A stretch of DNA of 64,000 bases from Candidatus Beckwithbacteria bacterium (GCA_026397255.1 JAPLVF010000013.1:9481-73480); one strand, 5' to 3'. Counted from the first letter of the stretch, positions 8,795 through 17,200 are shown. Made by a program: numbers and translations. The notes: a model not told the origin generated them from the letters alone.

Positions 8795-9400
8795 ACTTAC
8801 AGTCACGGTTAAATTCTGGCCGTCAAAGTCAAAACTGAAAGTAATCGGCTGGTCCAGATTGTTAACAATATACAGATTTCCTAAGGGGTTGGGGCTTAAA
8901 ATTCCCACACCGTATTCTTTGGGGACTTCATTAATCTGGGCAAAATTATGGTCAGACGGGCTATGGGCAGTTAAACCGGCATCTTCAGCCGCCCAATACA
9001 TGAGCGAAGCTAAGTGGCAGACGCCGTCGCCGATCAGATGGCCGTCAGACTTAAACCCTTCTGCGCCGTTAAAATGGGCATTAGTGGTTTTAACTACATT
9101 GGCCGAATAATCGGGCAAAGTCTTCTCATGGAAAGCGAATTTTTCACCCGGTTTTAAAGTAAACTGGGTTTTAAACGGCTGGTTAATCCTGTCCCAATCG
9201 ATCTGACTTTTGTCAGTCACCTGATTATCCAGATAGTATAGGGTTAAGAGAATATTATCCTTAAACACTCCGCTCACAAACTCATTATCATATCTGTTTT
9301 CCAGGTTAATACTATGGGATGATAAAACCGCATTGGACGCCCCCAAAATTTGCGGTTGGGCCAAGGCTAAATGAAGCGACAGAATCAGTTCATAAAGCAT
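8789..9400 (-). CDS. VanW-family exported protein (start moved from 9448 to 9400)
   Basis: GDGVCHLASLMYWAA...H motif; signal-like MLYELILSLHLALA; TGGTATAAT lies in the 5' extension. Confidence 0.75.
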   Translation of the reverse strand: MLYELILSLHLALAQPQILGASNAVLSSHSINLENRYDNEFVSGVFKDNILLTLYYLDNQVTDKSQIDWDRINQPFKTQFTLKPGEKFAFHEKTLPDYSANVVKTTNAHFNGAEGFKSDGHLIGDGVCHLASLMYWAAEDAGLTAHSPSDHNFAQINEVPKEYGVGILSPNPLGNLYIVNNLDQPITFSFDFDGQNLTVTVSK

Positions 9401-9468
9401 ATTTAAGGGGATATTATACCATATTATAGGATATTTGCCAAACCCCACAGAATGGTTTAATCTAAAAT

Positions 9469-10080
9469 ATGACCGGAAAACTAATTGGGTTGTTTTTATT
9501 GGTACTGGGGCTAACTATAGGAGGAATATTTGCTTTCAGGCCAAAAGAAGTTAAACCAAATTTTAGTCTAAAAGTCGAAAACGGGGTGATGGGAGTTTTC
9601 CACGGCCAAGAAGTGATGCCGCCGGCAATTGACTTGGCTGCGGTTGAGCCGGAGACTCAGGTTCTGGGCGACGCCGACCCAAATGCAGAAAAACATATTT
9701 ACATTGATTTAAGTACCCAAACCCTAACCGCCTATCAGGGAGACAGTTTGTTTATGCAGGTTTTGGTTTCCACCGGAAAATGGGGCCGGACGCCGACCGG
9801 TGAATTTACGATCTGGTCCAAATTCCGGGCGACCCGCATGTCCGGCGGCTCAGGGAGCGACTATTACGACCTACCCAATGTCCCCTACGTGATGTTTTTT
9901 TCCGGCTCCGGGGTTGCCGCCGCCAAGGGCTTTTCCATGCATGGTACTTATTGGCATAATAATTTTGGCCACCCAATGAGCCATGGTTGTGTCAATATGA
10001 GGACCGTTGACGCCCAAAAACTATTTAATTGGGCCGGTATTAATGAAAAAATAACGATCTATGGTCAAGCCCCAGGCTAA
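9469..10080 (+). CDS. L,D-transpeptidase (YkuD family) with N-terminal anchor
   Basis: IDLSTQ.L, VSTG...TP.G, HGTYWH...SHGCVNM. Confidence 0.93.
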   Translation: MTGKLIGLFLLVLGLTIGGIFAFRPKEVKPNFSLKVENGVMGVFHGQEVMPPAIDLAAVEPETQVLGDADPNAEKHIYIDLSTQTLTAYQGDSLFMQVLVSTGKWGRTPTGEFTIWSKFRATRMSGGSGSDYYDLPNVPYVMFFSGSGVAAAKGFSMHGTYWHNNFGHPMSHGCVNMRTVDAQKLFNWAGINEKITIYGQAPG

Positions 10081-10660
10081 ATCATCACTGTTAATCATTA
10101 TTTGCGTGGCCGTTATCGGCGGGCTCATGTTTTGGCGCCTTAATCCCCAATCAATCCCAATTAAGGTTATTACCGAGCCGAGTCCCGGCCCGGTGCTAAA
10201 TTTATCTGCCAACTCATCAGACGGGAAAATTTACCTGGAGATGAAGCAGAAAAAGGAAGCGAATACAATAACCTGGACCATGACAGCTAAGCAAGGTGAG
10301 GAAACGGCAAAAACAATCTGGTGGCAGACTTTGCCGGCTGATACCACTATCTCTATTCCGCTCAACTCTGTCTCCCCGGATAATAAATATATGTTTTTAA
10401 AGCAAACCGGGCCCGATAAAACCCGCTATATAGTGTTAACCACCAGCGGCAAGCCGCTGGGTTCAGGATCGCAAACAGTGGAATTTGCCGAGTTGTTCGA
10501 GCTAAAGCACCCGGAATATATTATTACCGAGGTGACAGGCTGGGGCGGAACCAACTTAATTGTGTTTAATACTGACAAAATCGCGGGCGTAATTGGCCCA
10601 TCTTTTTGGTTTGACTTGTCCGGCAAATCGTTTATTCAGCTCTCCCACCGCTTTGATTAG
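10061..10660 (+). CDS. Hypothetical membrane-anchored beta-rich protein
   Basis: N-terminal TM helix; overlaps the LDT gene; SPDNKY repeat-like motif. Confidence 0.75.
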   Translation: MVKPQAKSSLLIIICVAVIGGLMFWRLNPQSIPIKVITEPSPGPVLNLSANSSDGKIYLEMKQKKEANTITWTMTAKQGEETAKTIWWQTLPADTTISIPLNSVSPDNKYMFLKQTGPDKTRYIVLTTSGKPLGSGSQTVEFAELFELKHPEYIITEVTGWGGTNLIVFNTDKIAGVIGPSFWFDLSGKSFIQLSHRFD

Positions 10661-10661
10661 T

Positions 10662-10691
10662 TTTTACTTTACTTCCCGGCTCTTTTCACTT
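10662..10691. repeat. 30-bp direct repeat, copy B
   Basis: Identical to 8765..8794; lies between two convergent stop codons. Confidence 0.9.
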
Positions 10692-10698
10692 GTTCTCT

Positions 10699-11307
10699 TT
10701 AATTTTCAAATATCATTTTCTTGTAAATTTTCCGGGTAGTCTCGACATCTTTTTCGCAGTACTCACAGATTTCTTTAATCCGGCCAGCTTGATAAGCCTT
10801 AGCCACGTCTTTACCTTCGATTTCCCCTTCTTTAGGGCTGGGAATGCCTAAAACCTTAGACAGCGCGTGCAAAGAAATTTTACTTTGCAGATTCCATTTG
10901 CTCCACTCGCACATAATGTCAAAGATGGGAAAGTTACGGTAGCGGGCAAAGTTTAAGTCTTTGCTGGGCTTAACGCCTAAAATAACCGATCTTTGGTAAA
11001 TAAACCTTAAATCAAAGTCCATCAGATTAAAGCCAATAAATAAATCCGCATTTTTGGCAATAGCCCAAAAATCCGTCAGCATTTTCTTTTCGTCTCCGGA
11101 AAGAGTTTTCACCGCTTCGTCATTAACGGCATAAGAAATGCAGGCGATGCGGCCGTAAGACCCGTCCAGTCCGGTGCTTTCGACAAACTCTTCAAAAGTT
11201 CTTGGGGTATATTTACTTCTTCTTTTCCTCTTATAAATATCTTTGAGGATCTCCCTCATTTCTTCCCCTGACGGCAAAGTTTCAATATCTAAGTAGAGTT
11301 TAGTCAT
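10699..11307 (-). CDS. 3'-5' exonuclease, PolB-exonuclease-like / RNase H-like (DEDDy)
   Basis: LDIET (ExoI), FN...FD (ExoII), YCEKD (ExoIII). Confidence 0.85.
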   Translation of the reverse strand: MTKLYLDIETLPSGEEMREILKDIYKRKRRSKYTPRTFEEFVESTGLDGSYGRIACISYAVNDEAVKTLSGDEKKMLTDFWAIAKNADLFIGFNLMDFDLRFIYQRSVILGVKPSKDLNFARYRNFPIFDIMCEWSKWNLQSKISLHALSKVLGIPSPKEGEIEGKDVAKAYQAGRIKEICEYCEKDVETTRKIYKKMIFEN

Positions 11308-11374
11308 ATTTAAATTTTACTACTAATTATTACCTTTAGTTGATCTTTAAACCACTATTCTATATATTCAAGTC

Positions 11375-11986
11375 ATGAAATATGATGAGATGTTTAATAA
11401 AGTAAGGAATTTGGAATTTGATACAGAAATGTCTGTTTGTAAATCTCATGATACGGAACTTTATTTGCTTAGACCATCTGTTCTCTCCAAGAGATTTTCC
11501 ACATATAACGTAAAAAAGAATTTTCAAATATGGCTTAGAACTGTTGCAAGAAATTTTAGACCTAATCATCTTAGGGTTTTTATTGATTTAAACTTAAGGG
11601 TAAGAAGCAGACCAGATTTAAAGGAAAAAATGTTAGTTGCCTTTGATGACATTTTCTACGGTAAAGATCCTAACGAGGTAATTCAGGGTTTGAAAAAAGA
11701 AAAATTTGAACATTTTTTGAACCCAATTGAAATAATTGCTAATTTGTCACAACTTTTCATAATTGAGCAGGCTTACTCATACAACAAAGAAAGCAATTTT
11801 GACCCTCCTACGCTTTTTTACCAAGGATGGATAAGGCAAGTTTTAGATGATATTAAAGAAATTGATAATTTGTGTATGAGTATTTCTAGGGGTCAACCTG
11901 CAGCAGCAAAATATACATCGAAAGAAAATAAAAAAAGTAATAAATTCCAGGCTAAATTAAGGCCCTTGTGGTATATTGAGGCATAG
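11375..11986 (+). CDS. Hypothetical protein convergent on a DNA methyltransferase; candidate restriction component
   Basis: 203-aa AT-rich ORF whose 3' end overlaps the MTase by 35 bp; no clear PD-(D/E)xK or HNH motif. Confidence 0.7.
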   Translation: MKYDEMFNKVRNLEFDTEMSVCKSHDTELYLLRPSVLSKRFSTYNVKKNFQIWLRTVARNFRPNHLRVFIDLNLRVRSRPDLKEKMLVAFDDIFYGKDPNEVIQGLKKEKFEHFLNPIEIIANLSQLFIIEQAYSYNKESNFDPPTLFYQGWIRQVLDDIKEIDNLCMSISRGQPAAAKYTSKENKKSNKFQAKLRPLWYIEA

Positions 11987-12812
11987 AATAGTTTTCTTTC
12001 ACTAATCTAAGCTGTTTTTTCTCAAGATTGGATTTTAGCTCTTCAAATCTTTGTATTGATAAATCTAAATACTGTTTTTCAGTGTCAATTCCAATAAATT
12101 TTCTTCCATATAAATAAGCGGCTAACCCCGTAGTGGAACTGCCGGTAAAAGGATCAAGGATTAAATCACCCTTTCTAGTACTGGCTAAAACTATTCTTTT
12201 AAGCAAGTCTATAGGTTTTTGAGTCGGATGTTTTCCAAATTTTTTCTCAATCGGTTTAGGCGTATTAATTGACCAAACTGATCTCATTTGCAAGTTCGCT
12301 TTTTTTAATTGGTCTTCCGGCCAATTACCATCTTTCATCAATTTATAGTTAAAGATGTGTTTACCTTCTTTGTCTTTTCTGGCCCAAATTAGGGTTTCGT
12401 GGCTAGCGGTAAAAAAACGGCAGCTTAAATTTGGAGAGGCATTCGGCTTAAACCAAGCAATATCGTTTAATATGTGAAATTTATTAATTTCTAAGGCCAG
12501 ACCGCATTGATAAATGGAGTGATAAGTTCCACTTACCCAAATAGTTCCATTGGGTTTTAAAATCTTTTTACATAGCTTTAACCATTCTCTATGAAATTCA
12601 AAATTTTTCTTTGTTCCATTACTTAAATCCCAGTCTCCTTTTTTTACACTAACCATTTTCCCGTTTTGGCAGGTGAAACTGCCGCTGGAAAGAAAATAAG
12701 GCGGGTCGGCAAAAATCATATCCACGGAATTCTCCGGAAACTGACTCAAGAGTTTTAAAGAATTACCCAAGTAAAGCTCAAAGTTTAGTTTTTCGTAGTA
12801 AGGTTTTAACAT
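11952..12812 (-). CDS. Beta-class N6A/N4C DNA methyltransferase, DpnA/M2.DpnII-like
   Basis: FADPPYFLS...VSV.KGDWD, HPTQKP, LDPFTGSSTT; motif IV precedes motif I. Confidence 0.92.
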   Translation of the reverse strand: MLKPYYEKLNFELYLGNSLKLLSQFPENSVDMIFADPPYFLSSGSFTCQNGKMVSVKKGDWDLSNGTKKNFEFHREWLKLCKKILKPNGTIWVSGTYHSIYQCGLALEINKFHILNDIAWFKPNASPNLSCRFFTASHETLIWARKDKEGKHIFNYKLMKDGNWPEDQLKKANLQMRSVWSINTPKPIEKKFGKHPTQKPIDLLKRIVLASTRKGDLILDPFTGSSTTGLAAYLYGRKFIGIDTEKQYLDLSIQRFEELKSNLEKKQLRLVKENYSMPQYTTRALI

Positions 12813-12888
12813 ATCTTTATGGGATCGGGTTTTATTTGTATATCTTCATTAAGAACCCTTTGGCAAATTTTGTCAACAACTACGTACT

Positions 12889-12918
12889 TATTATTTTACT
12901 TCCCTATTCTTTTCACTT
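12889..12918. repeat. 30-bp direct repeat, copy C (diverged)
   Basis: TATTATTTTACTTCCCTATTCTTTTCACTT, 25/30 identical to copies A and B. Confidence 0.8.
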
Positions 12919-12926
12919 ATGATGGC

Positions 12927-13421
12927 TTAATTCCAATTAGCTAATTTATCGTATAGCTTGGTTTCTTTTAATCTCCACATCATCATATCTTTACTTACCC
13001 AGTAATTTTTTGCTAATTCACTCCAAGATAAAGAGATAAGCCGTTCCGCTTTTATCAATTGTAAAGGCACTAATAATTCGGCGGCAAATTTATTAGCGGC
13101 CACCTCATCGGGATTTTTATTTGAAAAGTCTATTGTTCTGAAACCAGAATTATGCCCCATTAAAATATGCCCCAATTCATGAGCGATCGTATACCTTATC
13201 CTTGTTTCAGGTTTTTTATTATTATATATAATCTGAGTCGTTCCAACACTAAAACCATCCTCATCACCTAAATCTTTGCCTTGAACGGAAATTTTAAAGT
13301 CTACTTGTTTTAAAATTAAGTTTAGTCGAATTGGGGGAATTTTTTGAACACTTTGCTTAATAAGATTTCTGGCAAGTTTTAAAGCAAATCCATTGTCATT
13401 TGGTTCATCTTGAAAATTCAT
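12927..13421 (-). CDS. ImmA/IrrE-family Zn metallopeptidase
   Basis: RIRYTIAHELGH...E..ANKFAAELLVP. Confidence 0.92.
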   Translation of the reverse strand: MNFQDEPNDNGFALKLARNLIKQSVQKIPPIRLNLILKQVDFKISVQGKDLGDEDGFSVGTTQIIYNNKKPETRIRYTIAHELGHILMGHNSGFRTIDFSNKNPDEVAANKFAAELLVPLQLIKAERLISLSWSELAKNYWVSKDMMMWRLKETKLYDKLANWN

Positions 13422-13737
13422 CTTTTGAAAGCCTTATGGCTTCATTAATGGCTTTATTAAATTTTGGGTTTTTAAGGGCCTTTTTCGAAGCACGGAAAGA
13501 AATATGAATTGATGGAACGCTAAAACCTTCAATTAATTCTTTCAGACTAACCTGTAATTCTCTAGCAATCTTGGATAACGTTCCAAGATTATTGATTTCT
13601 CTCTCGCCACTTTCATAAAGAGCGATTAATGAGGTAGAAAGTCCAAGTTTATTCCCCAACTCCTGTTGTGACGCCCCGACAGCTTCCCTTGCTTCTTTTA
13701 TGTTTTTCCCAATTTTTTTGAAATTTAACTCCATCAT
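13405..13737 (-). CDS. XRE-family HTH transcriptional regulator
   Basis: IGKNIKEARE...SQQELG..LGLS...I..YESGER; C-terminal ISFRAS. Confidence 0.92.
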   Translation of the reverse strand: MMELNFKKIGKNIKEAREAVGASQQELGNKLGLSTSLIALYESGEREINNLGTLSKIARELQVSLKELIEGFSVPSIHISFRASKKALKNPKFNKAINEAIRLSKDEFSR

Positions 13738-13742
13738 GCTAG

Positions 13743-13808
13743 AGTTTAAACCAAAGTTGAAAATTTGTCAAATCTGCTTGTTGACTTTGTAAATATTTTT
13801 GTTACAAT
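13743..13808. promoter_or_regulatory. Back-to-back promoters with a candidate operator
   Basis: Minus: TTGACA(13771-13766)-N17-TAAACT(13748-13743). Plus: TTGACT(13781)-N16-TACAAT(13803) with TG extension. Inverted repeat TTGTAA-N9-TTACAA at 13787..13807. Confidence 0.7.
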
Positions 13809-13841
13809 ACAGACATAGTTACTAATTATTTTAATTTAATT

Positions 13842-14207
13842 ATGGGTAAAAGTTCAGAATCTAGACGTAAAAATGAACCGGTCGTTAAATCTCGGGGGTC
13901 AACGGGAAGTTATGCCGCCAGTGGTGGTAATAATTCTATTAAACAAGACTGTCTGTTTAGTCTAAAATTTGAGCAAAAAGTCCCTACTCTCATGACTGTA
14001 ATAGTTGGTCAATACGCTGTTTTGTTGCCGGATAATTCCAATCTTTACCTAAACGTGATTATTGACGGTCAAAGTGCCGGAAGATATTCAGGTAAAATGA
14101 GCAAAAAAGTAATTAAGTGTATTAGCGAGGGCTTTGTTTACGAAGGTAAGGTCATCTCTATTAAGGATAGCTCCCTGGCAGTAATCGAAGTTAAGGGCCG
14201 TGGATGA
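13842..14207 (+). CDS. Hypothetical protein: Gly/Ser-rich N-tail plus a HIRAN-like beta-barrel
   Basis: ...AGRY....KVIKCISEGFVYEGKVISI ending resembles HIRAN folds; by eye only. Confidence 0.6.
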   Translation: MGKSSESRRKNEPVVKSRGSTGSYAASGGNNSIKQDCLFSLKFEQKVPTLMTVIVGQYAVLLPDNSNLYLNVIIDGQSAGRYSGKMSKKVIKCISEGFVYEGKVISIKDSSLAVIEVKGRG

Positions 14208-15186
14208 AAAAATTACAGATCAGTTAGAATTTTGGGGTCTCAATGGTTTATCAACAGCGCGCATATCCGGTTGTCCAGTCGTTGATTATTTAGATGATTG
14301 CGACAGCGCTTGTTATCCAACAAAACCTTCAAAGTACGAAGCGCTGACGTGTGGCAGCAAAAAAGGGGCTCAATTTTTGGGAGACGCAAGGGGGGCGACA
14401 TTAAACAACATTAAAGCGTTGAGGGTAAAAATTCCAAAACTGCCAATTTTCATCCCGGAATTACAACATGGTAGCAAGTACTTAGTTAATAATACTAAAT
14501 TAGATTGGGTGGCAGTCAAAATTGACGAAGTTGTGTCAAAACATGATTTAAAAGTTGCCGCTGATATTCGTAAAAGAATAGGAATCGATTCAAAAACAAA
14601 AGTACTATTACTTGGTTACGGATCCGACCGGTTTTTAGAGAATTTATGGACAAACAGGAAGAAAATCTTTCCTCAAATCGCCAGCTTGAAAGCGGATCTT
14701 TACACGGCCATTGACTATTCAGTTTTTCTCGTTCACCCACACCTCGAGAGAGTTCTTAACGTTAAAAGAAGTTTGGTGACTTTTGATATTTTACAAAGGC
14801 TAGGAGTTCCGGTCGTGCCGCATATTTATTGGAGCGGGGAAAAAGACATGAAAAGATGGGCGTTCTGGCTGAACCAAAATTCTGGAGTAAATTTAGTGTC
14901 CATGTATTTAGGTTGGATTAGAAAAAGCGAATGGGTGAAAATATTTTCAGAGCTTAAGTGTCTAAATAAATCGCTTGAGAGAAAAATAAATTACTTGATA
15001 AGCGGGCCGGGCAATTTAACAGAAATAAAACCGTTAAAAGAAATTCTCGGAAACGTAATTTTAACAGACGCAGAATGTGCCTTGAATGCGGCACATCATA
15101 AATTAAGTCAAAATAAATTAAAAGTTACTTACTATCCATTCAAGGAAAATTTAGATTACCATACAGAATTAGTAAAAGCCGCATAA
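14200..15186 (+). CDS. DUF4417-like protein with Cys-rich N-terminus
   Basis: IDYSVF..HP...R..N..R.......Q..GVPVVP...W matches the DUF4417 pattern as I recall it; overlaps the upstream ORF. Confidence 0.6.
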   Translation: MDEKITDQLEFWGLNGLSTARISGCPVVDYLDDCDSACYPTKPSKYEALTCGSKKGAQFLGDARGATLNNIKALRVKIPKLPIFIPELQHGSKYLVNNTKLDWVAVKIDEVVSKHDLKVAADIRKRIGIDSKTKVLLLGYGSDRFLENLWTNRKKIFPQIASLKADLYTAIDYSVFLVHPHLERVLNVKRSLVTFDILQRLGVPVVPHIYWSGEKDMKRWAFWLNQNSGVNLVSMYLGWIRKSEWVKIFSELKCLNKSLERKINYLISGPGNLTEIKPLKEILGNVILTDAECALNAAHHKLSQNKLKVTYYPFKENLDYHTELVKAA

Positions 15187-15199
15187 GGGGTGAGCAACC

Positions 15200-15270
15200 T
15201 GTGATAAGATAAATTTATGAAAAAAGTGATGGTGACGGGGAGCGGAGGGTTCATTGGAAGACAGCTGTAG
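15200..15270 (+). pseudogene. Remnant 1 of the epimerase promoter plus 5' end (MKKVMVTGSGGFIGRQL*)
   Basis: TGTGATAAGATAAATTTATGAAAAAAGTGATGGTGACGGGGAG aligns with 17979 onward; ATG at 15217. Confidence 0.88.
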
Positions 15271-15280
15271 GACGGAAGCA

Positions 15281-15750
15281 CTATTTATAACTAGCAGGAC
15301 AGTTTTTTGCCTTGGTAAAACCGGCTTTACGGGCTTCGGCTTCGGTGCAGAACCAACTATCGCCGTTGTGCAATTGAACATCAACCTTGTTGTAGTAACC
15401 GCAGCCAGGAAAATAATAGGTCATTTCGCCGCTGTTCTGACTGATATCAGCAGAATTTAGTTTAATGTTGCCTTTTATTTGACAATCCGAATTTTCCGGG
15501 TTAAACCTTTGAGTGCAGAGTTCGCTAAAGACCCCCAGTTTGGCCGCCCTGGCTTTTTTGGTGGCCGGCAATTAAAGCCGCCTTATTCCCGCCATATTGA
15601 CTATGAACTTCCGACCAACCAGATGCCAGCATGTTTTCATCGACAGAACCGTCTTCAGTATAAACAAGAGAGATTAATCGGCTAGAATCGCGATAAACGA
15701 CCTTGAGATAAATGTCTTTATTTGGATTTTTTGGCTCTTGCGGCAGGCAT
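15281..15750 (-). pseudogene. Decayed thermonuclease (SNase) gene with C-terminal Cys-rich metal-binding domain
   Basis: Three frames: MPAARAKKSK*, then NKDIYLKVVYRDSSRLISLVY...ENMLASGW, then ARAAKLGVFS..C...CQIKGNI...FCTEAEARKAGF. Confidence 0.75.
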
Positions 15751-15812
15751 TACTTAATTGTAACTCAAGTGCAGAAATCAAGTTGTGTTAAGATAAGGAG
15801 TGTTGATGAAGG

Positions 15813-16277
15813 TTATTTTCTCTTACTTAATGACTTAACGATTAAATTTTGAGCCACAGCCGGATCTATGTGATCGGCTTTAATGAAAAGAATTTGGCGT
15901 TCAGGAAGATATTTCTCAGGCAAAAACCGCCAAATCATAGCAGGATCAATTTTAAACTCTGCTTTGGTATCAATAGGGATAATCGAATCGCCTTGCTGCG
16001 AAAGCCCGAGATCGCCTAATATAGTGTGAAATCCTAAACTCAGGTCATTGATTAATGAACGCCAGTTTTCCCGCTCTTGAAACGTAACCGGACTAACCAG
16101 AAAATAATATCCGGGGCGGGCTTTTATTTTCTGAGCGTCTTCAGGTTTACTCAGATCACAAAAACTAATTTGTTTTTCGCCAATTGCACCAATTTCCATA
16201 ATTGAAAGAACGGTGGTTACTCGCGAGGTTTTTCTGCCTGGATGGAATAATTTATCCCAAGTTTCTTTAAAAGACAT
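15813..16277 (-). CDS. Hypothetical protein (154 aa)
   Basis: Long ORF filling the gap; no motif recognised. Confidence 0.6.
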   Translation of the reverse strand: MSFKETWDKLFHPGRKTSRVTTVLSIMEIGAIGEKQISFCDLSKPEDAQKIKARPGYYFLVSPVTFQERENWRSLINDLSLGFHTILGDLGLSQQGDSIIPIDTKAEFKIDPAMIWRFLPEKYLPERQILFIKADHIDPAVAQNLIVKSLSKRK

Positions 16278-16298
16278 AGATTTCGGGCAGACGGGGAA

Positions 16299-17090
16299 TT
16301 ATACCAGGTTGGGGAAGAGAAAGCCTTTGATATCTAAAAAGTCAATTTTTTTATCCTTGACAAAAATCCTGTCTTTACCACTGATATCAATTTGCCTGGG
16401 AACATAAATTAAGCCGTTAATTTCCCTTAAATCATCCGGTAATACTTGTTTCTTTCGGGAAAAAGCTGAAAGTTTATCGGTAAAATCCTTCAGCGGACTC
16501 ATCCTTTGTCGATGTAAAGCATAACTCGATTCTTTTGGTTTAACAAACAACTTTAAGATGCTTAATTTTGTTTGCTTATTTTGCTTCTCTACTAATGCCT
16601 CTAAGCGAGCTTGAGTATCATCCTTTTCCAACATTGGATTGGCGCCGCTTAAAATTAATAAACCTTCGTTATCCCCAATCACTGTTTTAACGCCGGTAAA
16701 AAATTTCCTTAATTTGAGAACGGCTTGTTTCATTGAATGAAATCTGCCTTCTCTAAATTCAATCGGCTGGTGAAGGCCAACAGCATTACCATGGTTATCT
16801 TTGGCCAACATCAGGGCGCAAAAACTGGCACCATGTATAAAAATTACGGCCGGATCTGTTTCAGTGGAAATAATATTCTCAGAATCTTTGATTTTTTCAA
16901 ATCCGGGCGTGGTTTCATAGACAGTCGGATCTGCCGAGCGAACCTTAAAGCCACTTTTAGGCAAAGATTGCTGTAAATTTTCCGGAGAGGCGTAAGCAAT
17001 TGTGGTATCAAATTTTTTTAGGACATCAAGTATAGGAGAAGGTTCAAGCGTTTGGGGTAAACCCCGGTTAATTTCAAAAAAATCCTGCAT
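16299..17090 (-). CDS. Hypothetical protein, possible CheD/CNF1/YfiH-like Cys-His hydrolase
   Basis: IHGASFCALMLAKD....VGLH and later LILSGAN; TATAAT-N4-ATG upstream. Confidence 0.55.
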   Translation of the reverse strand: MQDFFEINRGLPQTLEPSPILDVLKKFDTTIAYASPENLQQSLPKSGFKVRSADPTVYETTPGFEKIKDSENIISTETDPAVIFIHGASFCALMLAKDNHGNAVGLHQPIEFREGRFHSMKQAVLKLRKFFTGVKTVIGDNEGLLILSGANPMLEKDDTQARLEALVEKQNKQTKLSILKLFVKPKESSYALHRQRMSPLKDFTDKLSAFSRKKQVLPDDLREINGLIYVPRQIDISGKDRIFVKDKKIDFLDIKGFLFPNLV

Positions 17091-17100
17091 ATTTATTATA

Positions 17101-17187
17101 TGATAAGATAAGTTTATGAAAAAAGCGATGGTGACGGGGAGCTCGGGGTTTATCTAAAGACACCTGATAGAAAGACTGAAAAAGGAA
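17101..17187 (+). pseudogene. Remnant 2 of the epimerase promoter plus 5' end (MKKAMVTGSSGFI*RHLIERLKKE)
   Basis: 17101..17153 is 52/53 identical to 17981..18033; in-frame TAA at 17155. Confidence 0.92.
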
Positions 17188-17200
17188 AAGTTTAAGAAAT

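Noticed and set aside
12927-13737. XRE plus ImmA as evidence of a prophage or ICE
   Set aside because: No integrase, excisionase, replication, conjugation or virion genes are recognisable in the window.
16290-16300. GACGGGGAATT, a 10/11 match to the epimerase 5' repeat
   Set aside because: Too short, and it lacks the promoter and ATG part; it could be chance.
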